Below are positions 60,149 to 64,000 of a stretch of 64,000 bases of DNA, one piece after another (position 1 is the stretch's first letter; every line of letters begins with the position of its first letter). The notes under the pieces were generated by a model. It was not told where the DNA came from. It made no database searches and was given only the letters and a program-made list of their open reading frames with translations. Origin of the DNA: Candidatus Omnitrophota bacterium (GTDB lineage Bacteria > Omnitrophota > Gorgyraeia > Zapsychrales > Fredricksoniimonadaceae); contig CAIOPG010000009.1 of assembly GCA_903860135.1 (NCBI GenBank), forward strand, positions 175,805 to 239,804, written 5' to 3'. Position numbers and translations under genes: made by a program.

Positions 60149-61274
60149 TGATATCTATGTATTGATGCGTGAGGTCACATGTATAGACCGTGGCCGAAGC
60201 TTCACCGATCCCCAGGTCTGCGTGGATATAGATCGTATTCTTCTTCACTGAAAATTCTATTTTGAGTGTTTGCTCGGTCACACGATTGAAGCCGCAAGCC
60301 CCGATAGCTGCCGCCACACGGCCCCAGTTGGGATTGTCCGTATAGTCGGCGGTCTTGACCAGGCTGGAATTGGCAACCTTCATCGCCGCCGCACGCGCCT
60401 GCTTGACGCTCACTGCCCCGGTCACCCTGACCTCAAAGAATTTCGAAGCCCCTTCGCCGTCGATAATAATATCACGCGCCAGCTTGACGCAAACAGCCTT
60501 CAACGCTTCGACAAAAAGATCATAATCCGCCCCCCGGGCAGATATCATTTTATTATCCGCCATGCCGTTGGCCATCAGAGAAACCATATCATTGGTGCTC
60601 ATACAACCGTCGACGGTGATGGCATTGAAAGAAACATCGGTGGCCTCTCGCAAGGCCGTCGTCAGCAAACCGGGCGTGATCGCGGCATCCGTCGTCACAC
60701 ACGCCAGCATGGTGGCCATATTCGGCTCGATCATCCCCGACCCTTTGGCGCAAGCCCCGATCGTTACCGTCTTGCCCCCGACTTCCAATGACACGGCGAT
60801 CTGTTTGTCCATCGTATCGGTGGTCATGATCGCTTTGGCAAAGCTCGCGCCCCTTTTGGCACTCAACCCCTTAAACAGCGACGGCAGTGCTTCCCTGATC
60901 TTCTCGTAAGGGAAGGGACGACCAATGATCCCCGTCGACATCACCAGCACATTGGCAGGCACAATGGCAAAATGCCCCGCCACCAGCTCGGTCAACTTCT
61001 TGGCGTACATCATGCCGTACTCACCGGTAAAACAATTGGCATTGCCGCTGTTGGCCACCAGCGCCTGAACCTTGCCGCCCTTGATATGCTTCTGGCACAA
61101 CACGATCGGTGCAGCTTTCACGGAATTGCGCGTGAATACCGCCGCCGCCGTGCACATGACATCAGAATAAATAATACCCAGATCCGGCTTCCCGGATTTT
61201 TTGATCCCGGCCCAAAAACCATTGGCCTTAAAGCCGTGCGGAGAAGTAACGCCCCCCCCTTTAAGCTGTTTCAT
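60132..61274 (-). CDS. argJ: Bifunctional ornithine acetyltransferase / N-acetylglutamate synthase
   Basis: ..GGVTSPHGFKANG..; ATML autoprocessing site (PNMATMLACV). Confidence 0.9.
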   Translation of the reverse strand: MKQLKGGGVTSPHGFKANGFWAGIKKSGKPDLGIIYSDVMCTAAAVFTRNSVKAAPIVLCQKHIKGGKVQALVANSGNANCFTGEYGMMYAKKLTELVAGHFAIVPANVLVMSTGIIGRPFPYEKIREALPSLFKGLSAKRGASFAKAIMTTDTMDKQIAVSLEVGGKTVTIGACAKGSGMIEPNMATMLACVTTDAAITPGLLTTALREATDVSFNAITVDGCMSTNDMVSLMANGMADNKMISARGADYDLFVEALKAVCVKLARDIIIDGEGASKFFEVRVTGAVSVKQARAAAMKVANSSLVKTADYTDNPNWGRVAAAIGACGFNRVTEQTLKIEFSVKKNTIYIHADLGIGEASATVYTCDLTHQYIDINGNYN

Positions 61275-62290
61275 AATAATCCTTCCGTCTCGTTAAACCC
61301 GCACATGATATTCATGTTTTGTACCGCCTGGCCACTGGCCCCCTTGACAAGATTATCAATGACCGATGTAATAACCAGTGATTTGCCGTCCGGACTAACA
61401 ACAAGGGCTATGTCACAAAAGTTCGTCCGCACCACATGCCGCAATTCAGGCTGAGCCCCTGGCTGTAAAAACCGGACGAATGTTTCCGTGCTGTAAAAAC
61501 GCCGGTAACACTCCGTCAGCGCCTTTGACGCTATCTTGGCATTCAAATGCACGTAGATCGTTTCGAGTATCCCCGAATCAACGGGCAAAAGATGCGGGAC
61601 AAACATGATGTCAACCGGCTTCTCTGCCATGCGCGATAAATACTGCGCAATTTCAGGCGCATGCTGATGCTCCAGCACCCGGTAGGCCTTGAAATTCTCG
61701 TTGACAAACGTGTACATCAACGCCTCAGAAGCCTTGCGCCCGGCCCCGGAAACGCCTGACTTCGCATCAATGGCAATCGACGCTATCTTGTCGGGATACA
61801 TCGACACCAGCGGTGCCAACCCCAGCAACGCGGCCGTCGGGTAACATCCCGGATTGGCAATGAATTTAGCCTTTTTGATCTGCGTCCGATAAATTTCTGA
61901 AAGCCCGTAAACAGCTTTGGCCAGATTACGCGGATCTTTATGCTCGGCGTGATACCATTTTTTATAAACAGCACGGTTCTTGAGACGGTAATCAGCACTG
62001 AGATCGATCACGCGTTTACCGGCGGCGAGTAATTCGCCGGCCACATTCATCGATTCTGTATGCGGCAACGCTAGGAAAACAAGATCACACGCCGCGATCG
62101 CCGCTTCAGCGCTGTATTTTTCACAAACAAGATCCGTACGGTTGGTGAACACAGGCCAGATAGCATCGACCCTGCCCGTCGTCGAATACGCTGCGGCATA
62201 GGTCACACGGACATCCTTGTGCCTTAAAAGGATATCGAGCAAGACCCTGCCAGAAAAACCACTGATACCGACAATACCCACCCTGACCAT
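61271..62290 (-). CDS. argC: N-acetyl-gamma-glutamyl-phosphate reductase
   Basis: VGIVGISGFSGRVLLDIL.., catalytic Cys region ANPGCYPTA. Confidence 0.9.
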   Translation of the reverse strand: MVRVGIVGISGFSGRVLLDILLRHKDVRVTYAAAYSTTGRVDAIWPVFTNRTDLVCEKYSAEAAIAACDLVFLALPHTESMNVAGELLAAGKRVIDLSADYRLKNRAVYKKWYHAEHKDPRNLAKAVYGLSEIYRTQIKKAKFIANPGCYPTAALLGLAPLVSMYPDKIASIAIDAKSGVSGAGRKASEALMYTFVNENFKAYRVLEHQHAPEIAQYLSRMAEKPVDIMFVPHLLPVDSGILETIYVHLNAKIASKALTECYRRFYSTETFVRFLQPGAQPELRHVVRTNFCDIALVVSPDGKSLVITSVIDNLVKGASGQAVQNMNIMCGFNETEGLL

Positions 62291-62343
62291 AAGACCTTTC
62301 TTGTGGAATTTCCCGTCAGAAAAATAGAAATCAATAATAAATT

Positions 62344-62390
62344 AAAAAGCCTGTCCCGTCAATAAAACTTTTTGAAGGAACAGGCTTTGT
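62344..62390 (-). terminator. Candidate intrinsic terminator downstream of rpsI
   Basis: Inverted repeat AAGCCTGT(TCC)..(GGA)ACAGGCTT with a T-rich tail on the minus strand, 40 nt after the rpsI stop, preceding the argC promoter region. Confidence 0.4.
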
Positions 62391-62430
62391 AAATTCTTGA
62401 GAATTTAGTTTTGAACGGTACGCACCAGCG

Positions 62431-62826
62431 TTAACGCTTGACCCACTGGAACTTCCGGCGAGCACCCTTCTGTCCAGGCTTCTTGCGTTCCTTCATGCGT
62501 GAATCACGGCGAAGGCAAAGATTCTTCTTGAGGATCGCGCGCGAGGTCTGATCAAACAAAGTCAAGGCACGGGAAATAGCCATCCGCAGTGCGCCAGCCT
62601 GACCAGTCAAACCGCCGCCACACACATTGACATCAATATCAAAGCGATTGAGGAAGTTGGCCAACTTGAGCGGAGAAAGAATAAGGATGCGATCCGTCTC
62701 ACGCGGGAAATACACTTCAAACGCACGGCGATTGACTGTTAATCTGCCAGCGCCTGGAGTGATGATAACACGGGCTACTGCTGTTTTACGACGACCGGTT
62801 GCTGCATACTTGACGACTTCAACCAT
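62431..62826 (-). CDS. rpsI: 30S ribosomal protein S9
   Basis: ..ATGRRKTAVARV.. and C-terminal ..KPGQKGARRKFQWVKR. Confidence 0.95.
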   Translation of the reverse strand: MVEVVKYAATGRRKTAVARVIITPGAGRLTVNRRAFEVYFPRETDRILILSPLKLANFLNRFDIDVNVCGGGLTGQAGALRMAISRALTLFDQTSRAILKKNLCLRRDSRMKERKKPGQKGARRKFQWVKR

Positions 62827-62852
62827 TGATACGACTCCTCTGATCTTAAATA

Positions 62853-63290
62853 TTAAATATCAAGTGGAACGGGTTTTTGCGCCTTGTGCGGATGATCCGC
62901 GCCGGCGTACACATAAAGATGCGTCTTCACACGGCTTCCGAGCTTGCCTTTGGGGATCATGCGGTGAATGGCCAGCTCCAGGATCTTGTGCGGGTTCTTT
63001 TCGAGCATATCCGAAAACCGGATGCTCTTTAAACCGGAATGAAAACCGGAATAACGATCATAGAATTTATCGCTGGTCTTCTTGCCGGTAACACGGATCT
63101 TCTCGGCATTGATGATGATCACATGATCGCCCGTATCCATAAAAGGCGTAAAAGCCGGCTTGTTCTTGCCGCGCAAGATCGAAGCGACCTTGGTGGCCAG
63201 ACGACCGAGAATCTTGCCTTCAGCGTCGACAATATGGAATTTCTTTGCGATTTGTTCAGGTGTTGGAAGTGATGTTTTTTGGAGTACCAT
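62853..63290 (-). CDS. rplM: 50S ribosomal protein L13
   Basis: ..HIVDAEGKILGRLAT..LRGKNKPAFTP..D.GDHVIIINAEKI.. Confidence 0.95.
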   Translation of the reverse strand: MVLQKTSLPTPEQIAKKFHIVDAEGKILGRLATKVASILRGKNKPAFTPFMDTGDHVIIINAEKIRVTGKKTSDKFYDRYSGFHSGLKSIRFSDMLEKNPHKILELAIHRMIPKGKLGSRVKTHLYVYAGADHPHKAQKPVPLDI

Positions 63291-63449
63291 GTTCTTCTCT
63301 TTTAGATTTTTCCCGAAGCCCTAGAAATAGTAAGCCTACATTCCAGCCATTCGATTAAATAATGAGCCTCAACTATAACACACAAATGATGGATGTCAAC
63401 AGAAAATCAATTTTGAGTTATCGTTTTTCTCGTTTTCTCTTAGCGATTG

Positions 63450-63833
63450 CTAAAACGGTCTTTCGACAATAATCCCCGGCATTGGGTAGTGTTTGCTATT
63501 CAGACAATAAAGTTTGCCGCCTGTTTGCATCACCGTAGCCGCCAGGAGCGCGTCATTGATGTCCAACCCGTGAGAAGGATGCCACTGACGATACAAGATG
63601 CCACCCAGATCAACGATCTTCTGGTCGATCACCGCCGTTTTAAATTGCGACAGGAACAACAGCGTATCCTTTTCCTCTTCTTTACGCATAAAGAAAACAA
63701 CTTCCGCACGCTGAATAGCACCGACCCACAATTCAAACTCCATCTTGCCATGTAATTCATTGAAGAAAGCAAGCGCCCTGGTGTCTCCACGCAAATGCCA
63801 AATCAAGATATCTGAATCAATATAAACCCTCAT
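63450..63833 (-). CDS. vapC: PIN-domain ribonuclease toxin (VapC family)
   Basis: MRVYIDSDILIWHLRG (first acidic residue), ..ALLAATVMQTGGKLYCLNSKHY.. (PIN fold); start ATG overlaps the TGA of the upstream ORF (ATGA). Confidence 0.8.
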   Translation of the reverse strand: MRVYIDSDILIWHLRGDTRALAFFNELHGKMEFELWVGAIQRAEVVFFMRKEEEKDTLLFLSQFKTAVIDQKIVDLGGILYRQWHPSHGLDINDALLAATVMQTGGKLYCLNSKHYPMPGIIVERPF

Positions 63834-64000
63834 GCGTGATGCCGCTCCATGGACATTCTAAAAGAATTCTTGGCGTGATGCACCGTTTCTTCCACTGTTT
63901 CAGATCGCTTCCACGCACCACTGGTTTGCGTGAAAACATTCATGTCTGCCGTCGACTCCATTTCACGCGCATACATCCGCACCGCGCCTTCAATGATCTT
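63830..64000 (-). CDS. Putative VapB-type antitoxin, C-terminal part (N-terminus outside the window)
   Basis: Own translation of the reverse complement gives ..KIIEGAVRMYAREMESTADMNVFTQTSGAWKRSETVEETVHHAKNSFRMSMERHHA*; open to the window edge, with the stop overlapping the vapC start. Confidence 0.4.
   Translation of the reverse strand, partial: KIIEGAVRMYAREMESTADMNVFTQTSGAWKRSETVEETVHHAKNSFRMSMERHHA

Overview
This is a dense bacterial chromosomal segment, most likely from a diderm (Gram-negative-type) organism. About 70 genes are packed almost entirely on the minus strand, many with 1-8 nt stop/start overlaps (ATGA, GTGA, TAATG). No rRNA, tRNA, CRISPR array or transposase-like mobile element was seen. 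By eye, GC content is clearly higher (about 55-65%) in the housekeeping blocks than in the 25.4-40.5 kb segment, which is AT-rich.

Layout from low to high coordinates (transcription runs high to low):
- tsaD (partial), a YibQ-like deacetylase and a Ctp protease, then gatC-gatA-gatB.
- An orphan HAMP sensor histidine kinase, then surA-like/pdxA/ksgA.
- A compact mfd, then secDF, yajC and rpsP.
- A his block (hisD-B-H-A-F) with a trpE-family gene fused onto its 3' end, then recA-recX-alaS.
- A GT-C/TPR membrane glycosyltransferase-like gene and rsmE.
- An AT-rich type IV pilus (T4P) locus: ten consecutive prepilin-like genes, including a tandem triplication of a major-pilin-like gene, followed by pilC, pilB, a small pilQ secretin, pilP-like, pilO-like and a pilM-pilN fusion.
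- Immediately upstream of and in line with the T4P locus, a TPR / ExbB / ExbD / TonB-N-like / Zn-ribbon membrane protein / PilX-like module. Only the last four genes are linked by overlapping stop/start codons (TPR-ExbB 18-nt gap, ExbB-ExbD 3-nt gap); co-transcription of the whole module is inferred.
- uvrA, and a small Lys-rich internally repeated protein.
- A 15-gene co-directional argC-J-B-D-F-G-H / lysA-dapF-A-B-dapL / folK-panC-nadX supercluster.
- rplM-rpsI, and a vapBC toxin-antitoxin pair at the window edge.

The most unusual structure is the Ton/Tol-like ExbBD motor module embedded in the T4P locus. It sits together with the tandem pilin array and a candidate pilin glycosyltransferase.
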